A stretch of 64,000 nucleotides of DNA, from the NCBI GenBank assembly GCA_021813945.1, contig JAKAJD010000002.1, positions 33,343 to 97,342 of the forward strand. The letters run 5' to 3'. A model generated the notes under the pieces. It saw nothing but the letters and a program-made list of their open reading frames with translations, did not search any database and was not told where the DNA came from. Below, in pieces: positions 16,917 to 25,619 of this stretch. Position numbers and translations under genes: made by a program. The number at the start of each line of letters is the position of its first letter. Position 1 is the first letter of the stretch. The DNA is from a bacterium. GTDB taxonomy: Bacteria > Patescibacteriota > Microgenomatia > Curtissbacterales > GWA2-41-24.

Positions 16917-17201
16917 ATCTTTGATAATTTTTCCCCCGAGCTCTTTATTTATTGTCTCTCTCAGCCCGCTAAAGCGCATTTGAAGTTCGGCAGCGACAAT
17001 CTGCGGTGCAGAAACCGTCAGTACACCTCTCTTGTAAGATCTAACCTTAACCGCATCAAGCAAATCTTTAGGGAAATCAAAAAACTCTCTTTCAATCGAT
17101 GCTTTTGCAATTTGCCTTATTCTTAGAGCCAAAATCGCATCAGGGGTCTTTGATCGCGAAACAGAAGTACCAATAAGACTTCCTAAAGATTTAAAGGCCA
17201 T
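16887..17201 (-). CDS. dciA: DUF721-family protein (DciA-like helicase-loader candidate) downstream of dnaN
   Basis: 104 aa. The segment GVLTVSAPQIVAAELQMRFSGLRETIN fits the DUF721 pattern, and its position next to dnaA-dnaN is typical for DciA. Confidence 0.55.
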   Translation of the reverse strand: MAFKSLGSLIGTSVSRSKTPDAILALRIRQIAKASIEREFFDFPKDLLDAVKVRSYKRGVLTVSAPQIVAAELQMRFSGLRETINKELGGKIIKDLRLRGLDSR

Positions 17202-17213
17202 ACAAATTCTATT

Positions 17214-18353
17214 TTATCCCTGCAGTCTCACAGGCATCACGATATGAAAAAATTTGTCTTTGGGGTCAACTGATGTAATTTTCCCTGGGTTCAAACTCTC
17301 ATTCATCTCAAACACCACTTCATCCGAATTTATAACCGAAAGGGCCTCCAAAAGATATCTAAAATTAAAAGCTATTTCTCCGCCTTTTCCCTCTAGCTGA
17401 ACAGCAATCTGCGCATCCCCAGATCCAACTTGCGCTGTTGCAGCACTCAGACCCAAATTTCCTTGTCCGTTTTTGCCCGATTCAAGCTTTAGCTTAACAA
17501 TACTTCCCGATTCCCTTGCAAATATAGAAGCAGTTCTCACTACATTTATAAAATCTTGTTTGGAAGCAATAGCTCTTGATCCAAAATTTGTAGGAATAAT
17601 CTTTTGCCAAGCAGGAAATTCTCCCTCAATAAGCCGTGAAGTAAACTCAACGTCGCCGATTTTGAGGTTCACTTGACTAAGGTTATCAGCAATAACAATT
17701 GATACTTTACCACCCCCTCCTCCCGCTTCTCCAATAATCTTTGAAGCCTCCGCAACTGCCTTTGCTGGAATTACCATTCCTAAACCTGCCAAACCTTCAT
17801 TCGCCTCCACCGCTGTTTCGTCGTAACTTAGCCTGTAACCATCCGTTGCCACCATCACTAAACCTTTCTTTTGAAATTCACATAGAACCCCAGAAAGAAT
17901 CGGCCTGCTTTCATCCTGTGCCGCCGCAAAAGAAACTTTGGTAACGCTATCAACAAATTTCTGCCCATCAACGCCCACCACCTTTCCTCCACTAATTTTT
18001 GGGATTGCAGGAAACTCCTCAGTTGGCAAAGTAGCAAAGCGGGCACTATATCCTTTTGTAGAAACGACTGCCTCTTCACCTAGTTTCTCTAAAGTTATAT
18101 CTCCGTCCGGCAACTGAGAAACGTACTCTAGAAAAACCTTTCCGGGAACAGTAACTTTTCCCTCACTATCAACCCTGCATTCTGTACTTGCTTTTACTGC
18201 GGTTTCCAAATTTGTTGTTACAACCTCAAGTTTTGACCCGCCAGCACTAAGTAAAATGTTGGAAAGAATAGGTAAATTAGCTTTTGCCAATATAGATCTG
18301 CTGCCTACAATAAGCGTTCTTAAAAGATCAGCTTTCAAAACTACGGCTTTCAT
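17214..18353 (-). CDS. dnaN: DNA polymerase III beta sliding clamp
   Basis: 379 aa with a three-domain beta-clamp pattern, immediately downstream of dnaA. Confidence 0.9.
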   Translation of the reverse strand: MKAVVLKADLLRTLIVGSRSILAKANLPILSNILLSAGGSKLEVVTTNLETAVKASTECRVDSEGKVTVPGKVFLEYVSQLPDGDITLEKLGEEAVVSTKGYSARFATLPTEEFPAIPKISGGKVVGVDGQKFVDSVTKVSFAAAQDESRPILSGVLCEFQKKGLVMVATDGYRLSYDETAVEANEGLAGLGMVIPAKAVAEASKIIGEAGGGGGKVSIVIADNLSQVNLKIGDVEFTSRLIEGEFPAWQKIIPTNFGSRAIASKQDFINVVRTASIFARESGSIVKLKLESGKNGQGNLGLSAATAQVGSGDAQIAVQLEGKGGEIAFNFRYLLEALSVINSDEVVFEMNESLNPGKITSVDPKDKFFHIVMPVRLQG

Positions 18354-18578
18354 AATTGTTGGTGGACAGACCCTGGGGATTATAACACCTTCATTATAAA
18401 CACCTTAAACATTCAAATCTATACATACTAAGCAATATTCTAAAACGTAGTTGTAGTTTAATATATGTTGATAAGTTTAAACCTATTAATAAATTGTGCG
18501 CAGACTTATGTTCAAAAATGTGTGTAAAATTTTCAATTTAAAGTTAAATATTCGAAAAAAAGTGTGGAGAAAATACCT
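18354..18578. other. Candidate oriC / DNA-unwinding element: AT-rich dnaA-dnaN intergenic region with DnaA-box-like 9-mers
   Basis: TGTTGATAA (18467..18475), TGTGGAGAA near 18565, TTATAAACA near 18395, and very AT-rich runs. Confidence 0.5.
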
Positions 18579-19937
18579 TTATGCGTGGATTAGTGATTGA
18601 ATTCTCAAAATGTCATCCTTCCTTTTCTGATTTGCTGAAATCAGCCTACCGACTTTTTCAACACCGTGTATTACTGTTGAATGATCCCTTCCACCGGTGA
18701 TATCACCTATTTGCTCAAGCGGCAAACCCAATTCGGTCCTTAAAAAATACATCAAAACCTGCCTCGCCTGAACAATATTTGCCTTCCGGCTTGAGCCCCT
18801 TAAAGTAATTGAGTCAACTTTAAAATGTTTTGATACCACCTCCATTATTCGCCCTGGTGTGGGTGGGTTTTTTAAAGATGGCTTGTTACCAGAAACCGCT
18901 AATTTGATATCTTCAAAAGAAGCCTTACCGGCGTTTATTTTCATGTAAGCAAGCATGGAGGTTAAAATTCCTTCAAGCTCTCGCACACCTCCGGTACTCT
19001 CTTTAGCAACCCAATCGACAAGCTCTGGGTCTAAATGCATTCCCCGTTCTGCACATTTCGCGCGAATAATTGCGGTTCGCATTTCCAAATCTGGTAGCCC
19101 AATGTCGGCTGTCATCCCACCCAAAAATCGACTAACAAGCCTCTCCTTTAAGCGTCCCAAATCCCTGGGATGTCTGTCGCTGGCTAAAACCACCTGTTTC
19201 CCCGAAAGGCAAATTTCGTTGAATGTATGGAAAAATTCATCCTGCGTACTCTCTTTACCCGCCAAAAATTGAATATCGTCCACCAAAAGTAAATCGCAAG
19301 TGCGATATTTTTGCCTAAAAGAAGCTTGAGTTTTATTTCTCAAAGAATCCAAAAAATCATTTGTAAATTTTTCCGATGTCACATAAAGAACTTTTGCATC
19401 AATCACTGTTGAAAGTACCTGGTTACCAATAGCCTGCAAAAGATGGGTTTTTCCAACACCGACTGAACCGTAAATCATTAGAGGGTTGTAAGCACCACCC
19501 AAATTTCCTGCAACCTTTGTTGCTGCAAGGTAAGCAAGGTTATTGGAAAATCCAACCACAAAATTGGAAAAAGTGTGATTTGGATTCAACGAATCCAATC
19601 TTGTTTTTGCGGTGATCACCTCTTGGACAACACCGGTAAAAATAGGTGCCTTTATTGAATCTGTTTTTGGCTCCTTGTTGGCAACAACAAAAATTGCTGA
19701 AGTATCTTTAAACCCAGAATCTAAAATCGCCTTAGACACTGTGTCCTTGTAACGGTTTTCAATCTGTTCCTTGAGAAAATTGTTTTTAATTCCAACCACC
19801 AAAAGTAACTTTTCTCCATCTTCTTTTGAGTCCAAAACAAAGGACCCAGAAAACCATGTCCTAAAAGCCGACGCAGAAATTTGTAATTTTAGCCGAGAGC
19901 AAACATCACTCCAGACCTTTTGTCCGTCTTTTTGCAT
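18579..19937 (-). CDS. dnaA: Chromosomal replication initiator DnaA
   Basis: AAA+ Walker A GSVGVGKTHLLQAIGN, Walker B LLVDDIQF, and the C-terminal DNA-binding domain (VDSITLRGSSR...IGDITGGRDHSTVIH). Confidence 0.95.
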   Translation of the reverse strand: MQKDGQKVWSDVCSRLKLQISASAFRTWFSGSFVLDSKEDGEKLLLVVGIKNNFLKEQIENRYKDTVSKAILDSGFKDTSAIFVVANKEPKTDSIKAPIFTGVVQEVITAKTRLDSLNPNHTFSNFVVGFSNNLAYLAATKVAGNLGGAYNPLMIYGSVGVGKTHLLQAIGNQVLSTVIDAKVLYVTSEKFTNDFLDSLRNKTQASFRQKYRTCDLLLVDDIQFLAGKESTQDEFFHTFNEICLSGKQVVLASDRHPRDLGRLKERLVSRFLGGMTADIGLPDLEMRTAIIRAKCAERGMHLDPELVDWVAKESTGGVRELEGILTSMLAYMKINAGKASFEDIKLAVSGNKPSLKNPPTPGRIMEVVSKHFKVDSITLRGSSRKANIVQARQVLMYFLRTELGLPLEQIGDITGGRDHSTVIHGVEKVGRLISANQKRKDDILRIQSLIHA

Positions 19938-20151
19938 TCAATAGATTTGTATAAATTTGGAGCTTTGCGCGGTTTGCGCTCTTGCAGGCTTTTGAAGATC
20001 TTGCAGGTAAAAAAGATCTTGAATTTTTGCTCCGGAACTAATCATTGCAAAACTTATAAACACTTGTCAACACCCCAAAACACTTTGTGGATAAGTCCAA
20101 AAATTAGCCTCGCCTCTTGCAAATTTTATACTTCTCATATATGCTTTTCCC
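19938..20151. promoter_or_regulatory. dnaA/rpmH divergent promoter region with a perfect DnaA box TGTGGATAA (20087..20095), a TTATAAACA variant (20054..20062) and AAGATCTTG direct repeats
   Basis: Read directly from the sequence. This is the classic dnaA-rpmH divergence point. Confidence 0.5.
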
Positions 20152-20289
20152 ATGCCAAAGCGCACTTATCAGCCCAAAAAAAAGAAGAGAGCCAGAACGC
20201 ACGGATTTAGAAAAAGAATGCAAAAATCAGGAGGCAAAAAAGTCCTAAAAAGACGAAGGGCAAAAAACAGGTCGAAATTAGCCGTTTAA
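20152..20289 (+). CDS. rpmH: 50S ribosomal protein L34
   Basis: Not in the ORF table because it is under 60 aa. I translated it by hand as [45 protein letters not shown]. Confidence 0.85.
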   Translation: MPKRTYQPKKKKRARTHGFRKRMQKSGGKKVLKRRRAKNRSKLAV

Positions 20290-20603
20290 TGTCATCTTCC
20301 TCAATAGGCAAGAATTTACCACCTAAAAAATTAACTGGCATAAGTTTGAACAGGGAGGGAAATAAATCTGATTTTGGGCTAATTTACAAAAAAAATCTAA
20401 AATCAAAACTTACAATTGTAATAACTAAAAAAATAGTTCCAAAAGCAGTTTCCAGAAATAGAATCAGACGGCTAATCAAGGAAGTACTGAGGAAAATAAA
20501 TCTAAAAGGAGATTTAAAAATAATTGTCAAACAGGACTTGTCCGGATTAAAATTACAAGACGTTAAAAAAAATCTCGAGCCGCAGATTAAAAAGCTAATT
20601 TAA
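20289..20603 (+). CDS. rnpA: RNase P protein component
   Basis: TAATG overlap with rpmH. The SRNRIRRLIKE motif is present. 104 aa. Confidence 0.85.
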   Translation: MSSSSIGKNLPPKKLTGISLNREGNKSDFGLIYKKNLKSKLTIVITKKIVPKAVSRNRIRRLIKEVLRKINLKGDLKIIVKQDLSGLKLQDVKKNLEPQIKKLI

Positions 20604-20800
20604 TGATTACAATTCTATATAACATTTACCATCTCATTTTTCCCTCGAAAATTAGATCCTGCAGATATGACCCAACCTGTTCTGAATACATGTTGGATGC
20701 CACCAAAAAGTACGGGTTGGCAAGAGGTCTCATCAAGGGTACCATCAGAATATTATCATGTCATCCGTTATCAAAAAGACCATACTTTGACCCGGCATAA
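20603..20800 (+). CDS. yidD: Membrane protein insertion efficiency factor YidD
   Basis: CRYDPTCSEYMLDATKKYG motif. TAATG overlap with rnpA. Confidence 0.85.
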   Translation: MITILYNIYHLIFPSKIRSCRYDPTCSEYMLDATKKYGLARGLIKGTIRILSCHPLSKRPYFDPA

Positions 20801-20803
20801 AAA

Positions 20804-21628
20804 ATGAATCCATTTGACGCGCTTCTAATTAACCCCATCCTAAACGTACTTATTGTTTTCTATAAGGCACTTATCTTTTTACATATTCCCGGCGCGCTTG
20901 GCCTTGCAATAATCTTTCTTACAGTATTAATTCGCCTTATCCTATGGCCCTTAACCGCAGCCCAGCTTAAAAGCACCCAAAAAATGGCAGCCCTAAAACC
21001 ACACCTTGATCGCATCAAGGCCGAACATGGTCACGACAAAGTTCGCCACCAAGAAGAAGTTACCAAACTCTACAAAGAACATGGAGTAAACCCTCTTGCT
21101 GGTTGTCTTCCACTTCTTGTTCAAATACCTGTCTTTATTGCTCTTTATAGAGTGCTTCTGGAAATAGTCGATCCGACAAAAACAGATTTTCTAACCAAGA
21201 TCAACTCAAAAATATATTTTCCTGCTATGCACCTTGATAAAATTCCCAACACCTTCTTTTTTGGCCTAAGACTGGAAGACAAACCGAGCAACTGGGCTCA
21301 TATTGGCTTTTTCATTTTGGTAATCCCGATTTTGACTGGGCTTTTCCAGTATGTTCAATCAAAGATGCTCATGCCGGCTGTCCAAACTCCCACAGTCAAA
21401 CCAAAAACCAGCGGCAAGGAAAAAGAAAGCATGGAAGACGCCATGGCCTCAATGCAATCCCAAATGTCTTTTATCATGCCGGCAATGATAGCCTTCTTTT
21501 CTTATGGGTTTCCAGTTGGCCTCTCGCTTTATTGGAACACTTTTACTATAATCGGCATCATTCAGCAGTATTTGATATCTGGCGCAGGTTCTTTTAATAA
21601 GTTTCTCCCAGAAAAATACAGAAAATAA
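20804..21628 (+). CDS. yidC: Membrane protein insertase YidC/Oxa1 (short form)
   Basis: 274-aa polytopic protein in the rnpA-yidD-yidC-jag syntenic context. Confidence 0.85.
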   Translation: MNPFDALLINPILNVLIVFYKALIFLHIPGALGLAIIFLTVLIRLILWPLTAAQLKSTQKMAALKPHLDRIKAEHGHDKVRHQEEVTKLYKEHGVNPLAGCLPLLVQIPVFIALYRVLLEIVDPTKTDFLTKINSKIYFPAMHLDKIPNTFFFGLRLEDKPSNWAHIGFFILVIPILTGLFQYVQSKMLMPAVQTPTVKPKTSGKEKESMEDAMASMQSQMSFIMPAMIAFFSYGFPVGLSLYWNTFTIIGIIQQYLISGAGSFNKFLPEKYRK

Positions 21629-21629
21629 A

Positions 21630-22103
21630 ATGGCAAAAACACAAGTAAACACTAAGTTAGATGAAAACCTTGTTGCCCAAAACGTCAAGGAATTAATTGA
21701 ACTCCTTGACGTTTCCGCAACTGCGGAAATATCCAAAATCGACAATACTTACTTCGTCGATGTTTCTTCCAAAGATTCATCACTTTTAATCGGCAAACTC
21801 GGTGCAAATCTCGAAAGCTTGCAATTTATTTTAGCTGTTCGCTTAAAATCACAAACAAAAAATGACGACTTTGAAGTTTTTCTCGATATAGACGGCTGGC
21901 GTAAACAAAAAGAGCAAAGGCTAGAAAAAATGGCAGATTCCATAGCAGGACGTGTAGAAGAAACCGGTAAAGAAGAAATTTTATATAATCTCAAACCATC
22001 AGAAAGAAGAGTAATTCATGCATATCTTACCAATCATCCGGCCGTGACTACCATTTCCGAAGGCGAAGGCGACTCAAGGTATTTGATAATCAAACCCAAG
22101 TAA
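21630..22103 (+). CDS. jag: Jag/KhpB-like KH + R3H RNA-binding protein
   Basis: C-terminal R3H motif (SERRVIHAYLTNHPAVTTISEGEG). It follows yidC. Confidence 0.8.
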   Translation: MAKTQVNTKLDENLVAQNVKELIELLDVSATAEISKIDNTYFVDVSSKDSSLLIGKLGANLESLQFILAVRLKSQTKNDDFEVFLDIDGWRKQKEQRLEKMADSIAGRVEETGKEEILYNLKPSERRVIHAYLTNHPAVTTISEGEGDSRYLIIKPK

Positions 22104-22128
22104 CTTAATCTGCTGTCCACAAAACCTG

Positions 22129-23352
22129 ATGCCAAAAAGAAAGATACTCTTTCTTCTCGTCCTAGCGGCTGTTCCAATTCAACTTGGAAAATTCTTTTTC
22201 CCTAATTACTCCTATGTACTTGGCATACCTATAGATTACCGAGCCCAAAATTTATATCTTTCCGACATAATCGTTCTTGCGTATCTTTTAACCTCAATCG
22301 TGACCTTATCATTATCGAAAAAAAAATTAAAATCAAACTTTGGAAAATTTTGCAAAGAAAGGTCATTTTACCTTTTTAGTCTATGCCTTTTTTTAAGTTA
22401 TCTTTTGGTGAATTCGCTTTTCTTCTCGATTTCCAAGTACGCATCCTTATACTTTTTTGCCAAATCCTTGGAATTTGGCCTGCTTTCCATTTTTGCCGCT
22501 TATGATTTTTCAGAAATAAAACTCAAGCCGCTTATTCCTCAAGTCATAACCTTCTCAATTATATGGCAGTCATCAATTGCCCTTTTGCAGTTTTTAAATC
22601 AGCGGTCTTTAGGATTTTGGATTTTAGGTGAAAGATCCTTTAATATCACAACTCCTGATATTGCCCATTTCGAGGTTTTTGGCTACCAGCTCTTGAGGCC
22701 ATACGGGACTTTCTCCCACCCCAACGTTTTGGGTGCTTTTTTAGTTATCTACACTCTAATTTTGATCTCTACTAGGCCAAACAAAACTACACTTTTTATT
22801 AGTCCCGCAACCACCGTTTTGACTTTCTCAAAAGGAGCAATTTTAACCTTGTTAACAGCCTCGATTATAATCTCAAAAAACTTAAAGGATTTTACTCTAA
22901 AAATCATTTTGCTTGGCGTGATAGCGCTAATGTTAGCCAGAATCGCCTCAACCACCCAGGTCGCCTCTGTTGCTGAGAGGCTAACCTTAATCAAGGCTGC
23001 TCTCGATATTTCCCTAAAAAACCTAATATTCGGGATCGGCTCCAATAATTTTATTCTCGAATTATCTAAATTAGATTTAACTTCTATATCTCAAATAAGA
23101 CTTCTTCAACCTGTTCATAATGTTTTTCTGCTTGTCCTTGTTGAAAATGGCCTAGTAGGACTTTTTCTTTTTGCCACCATGCTTTTTGCTGTTTCCCAAA
23201 AAGCCCAAACTAAAGAAAAAACTGCCATTTTTATTGCTATTTTGATCTTTGCCACAATCGATCACTTTCTTTGGACTCTTCAGCAAGGCCTTTTAATCTT
23301 CTGGCTTTCACTAAGCTTCATTTTAAGCTCGCAAAAGCAATCTGCTTCCTGA
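22129..23352 (+). CDS. O-antigen ligase/polymerase (Wzy_C)-like polytopic membrane protein
   Basis: ~12-TM protein. Architecture and context (next to a flippase) support the call, but the family motif is weak. Confidence 0.5.
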   Translation: MPKRKILFLLVLAAVPIQLGKFFFPNYSYVLGIPIDYRAQNLYLSDIIVLAYLLTSIVTLSLSKKKLKSNFGKFCKERSFYLFSLCLFLSYLLVNSLFFSISKYASLYFFAKSLEFGLLSIFAAYDFSEIKLKPLIPQVITFSIIWQSSIALLQFLNQRSLGFWILGERSFNITTPDIAHFEVFGYQLLRPYGTFSHPNVLGAFLVIYTLILISTRPNKTTLFISPATTVLTFSKGAILTLLTASIIISKNLKDFTLKIILLGVIALMLARIASTTQVASVAERLTLIKAALDISLKNLIFGIGSNNFILELSKLDLTSISQIRLLQPVHNVFLLVLVENGLVGLFLFATMLFAVSQKAQTKEKTAIFIAILIFATIDHFLWTLQQGLLIFWLSLSFILSSQKQSAS

Positions 23353-23367
23353 TATATTTACCATTAG

Positions 23368-24648
23368 ATGTTTAAAAAAGTAATTTATAATACGGCGTCA
23401 CAAATAGTTGGTAAATTCACAACAGCTACATCTAGTTTAATAATAACAATTTTAATTGGACGAACACTGGGCCCTGCTGGTTATGGAGACTTCACTAAAA
23501 TCTTTACATTCGTCGGCTATTTTTATACCTTTGCAGACTTTGGTTTTAACGCAATTTATATCAAGCAAGAAACCAAATCAGAAACCGGCAATTTAATCCG
23601 TTATCTTTTTGGATTACGTCTTCTAATATCCATTTCCTTAGCAATAGCGGCTATGCTTATAAGCCTTGCTCTTCCATATAACTCGGCGTTAGGTTTAGGC
23701 TTTAGCCCGCTTGTAAAAGTTGGAATCGCTATTGCTTCGCTGACTATAATTACCCAAGCACTTTTTACAACTGCGAATGCCGTTTTCCAAAAAAATTTAC
23801 GCTACGATCTTTCCACAATAGCCAGTGTCATTGGTACATTTTTAATTCTTGCCCTAACAATTTTGGCAGTTTTGGAAAAATCGCCGATTTTTTTCTACGT
23901 TGCCGCCTACGTATTTGGAGGCATAACTTTTGTAACAATTGCTTATTTTTTAATATTAAAAAAATTTAACCTTTCTATTTTGCCGCTATTTTCCAAAACC
24001 GTCTTTCAAAAGCTCCTAAGTGCTGCTTGGCCAATTGGCATGGCACTTATTTTTAACTTAATCTACTTTAGAGTTGATGTTTTAATTCTTTCCTACACTT
24101 GGCCATCTCAAGAGGTTGGTCTTTATGGTATTGCCTATCAGTTTTTTGAAGTTGCGCTGGCGGTTCCTATATTTTTTGCAAATGCTCTTTATCCTCTACT
24201 TTCAAATCTCTACATCCAAAGTCAAAGCGAATACCAAAAACAGACAAAGTTATGGACCTTAATCCTCTTTGTTTTTTCTCTTGCTCTTTCACTGGCTCTT
24301 ATGGTCGCCGCTGAAATTATCCCTATACTTTTAGGGTCTCGATTTGCCCCTTCAAAAACGGCACTTATAATTTTGGCACTTGGCATGCCTTTCTTTTTCA
24401 TCTCTGCTCTCTTTTGGCATATGATAATAATTCACAACAAACAAAAGACCCTAATTGCAATTTATGGTCTTGGGGCAATTTTCAATATCACATCAAATCT
24501 TATCTTTATTCCCAAATATGGTTTTTTGGCAGCAGCGATAACAACAGTTGCCTCAGAAGCACTTGTACTTCTTCTTTTGGCTCTGGTTTTAAAATCGCCT
24601 TTTGGCCGTGGTATTCCATCGCCCGTTGCCCCAAACACGCTCGAATGA
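23368..24648 (+). CDS. MOP-superfamily oligosaccharide flippase (Wzx/MurJ-like)
   Basis: 426-aa protein with ~12-14 TM helices. The pattern is that of a polysaccharide biosynthesis protein. Confidence 0.6.
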   Translation: MFKKVIYNTASQIVGKFTTATSSLIITILIGRTLGPAGYGDFTKIFTFVGYFYTFADFGFNAIYIKQETKSETGNLIRYLFGLRLLISISLAIAAMLISLALPYNSALGLGFSPLVKVGIAIASLTIITQALFTTANAVFQKNLRYDLSTIASVIGTFLILALTILAVLEKSPIFFYVAAYVFGGITFVTIAYFLILKKFNLSILPLFSKTVFQKLLSAAWPIGMALIFNLIYFRVDVLILSYTWPSQEVGLYGIAYQFFEVALAVPIFFANALYPLLSNLYIQSQSEYQKQTKLWTLILFVFSLALSLALMVAAEIIPILLGSRFAPSKTALIILALGMPFFFISALFWHMIIIHNKQKTLIAIYGLGAIFNITSNLIFIPKYGFLAAAITTVASEALVLLLLALVLKSPFGRGIPSPVAPNTLE

Positions 24649-24661
24649 TTAAAATACCTAC

Positions 24662-25063
24662 GTGATAGAAATTTACACAGATGGCGGCTCTCGCGGCAAT
24701 CCTGGTCCGGCAGCATATGGATTTATAGTCAAAAGCCAAGGGCAAACTATCCATAAGCAAAACGGCTACATCGGAATTGCCACAAACAATACCGCCGAGT
24801 ATACTGCGGTTTTAGAAGCGCTCAAATGGTTAACAGAAAAATTTAAAAATGAAAATTTGAAATTTTTTATGGATTCTCAACTTGTTGTTTCTCAAATGTC
24901 AGGTCTATATAAAGTCAAAAATAACAACATCCGCGATTTGCTTTTCAAAATTCGTGAGCTAGAGTCAAATTTTACAAGTGTTTCCCTAACTCATATTCCC
25001 CGAGAAGAAAATATGGAGGCAGACCGTCAAGTTAATCTTGCGCTAGATAACCATGGAGCTTAA
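24662..25063 (+). CDS. rnhA: Ribonuclease HI
   Basis: IEIYTDGGSRGNPGPAAYG...NNTAEY...DSQLVV with a conserved DEDD arrangement. GTG start. Confidence 0.85.
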   Translation: MIEIYTDGGSRGNPGPAAYGFIVKSQGQTIHKQNGYIGIATNNTAEYTAVLEALKWLTEKFKNENLKFFMDSQLVVSQMSGLYKVKNNNIRDLLFKIRELESNFTSVSLTHIPREENMEADRQVNLALDNHGA

Positions 25064-25619
25064 GAAATATTTCAAAACTGTCAAGAATGATTTTGTTTTA
25101 GCTTTAGCAATCGGTCTTATAATTGGCATTGTCTCTTACTTTAGCGCCCCACATATCCAGTCCGGTTTTAGATCCCAGAAAACCTTTTATCTGGCAAGCT
25201 CAGACACTCAGTCTGCTCAAGGTTACAATTTCGGCGGATATTTTTCGCAAAGCACTGCTATCAATGAAACTGACACCGCAGTTGCTGTGCTTGAGAGCCC
25301 AGATTTTCAAAGCTTAATACCCGGATCAAATGCTGCGATCGCGACTAGAAAGCTTGCTCCTCAAGTAATCCAAATCACAATTACCTCGAAAAATGCCGAT
25401 ATCACAAGGCAGGTTATGGAAAGGCTGCCTAATTTATTTAATCTTAAGATGCATGATTTGAATCCAAATGGGCCCAATCTTTCCTTAAATAAAATTTCTG
25501 ATGAAGTTGTTACCTCCTACCACTCAATTAATTCTAAATTCGTTTCAATAGCTGGTTTTATTTTTGGTATGATACTTGCCTTTTTGATCCTTGGCTTAAA
25601 AACATACCTGGAAATTTAA
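25053..25619 (+). CDS. Membrane protein with TM helices at both ends (Wzz/PCP-like topology, tentative)
   Basis: Topology only. Confidence 0.35.
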   Translation: MELKKYFKTVKNDFVLALAIGLIIGIVSYFSAPHIQSGFRSQKTFYLASSDTQSAQGYNFGGYFSQSTAINETDTAVAVLESPDFQSLIPGSNAAIATRKLAPQVIQITITSKNADITRQVMERLPNLFNLKMHDLNPNGPNLSLNKISDEVVTSYHSINSKFVSIAGFIFGMILAFLILGLKTYLEI

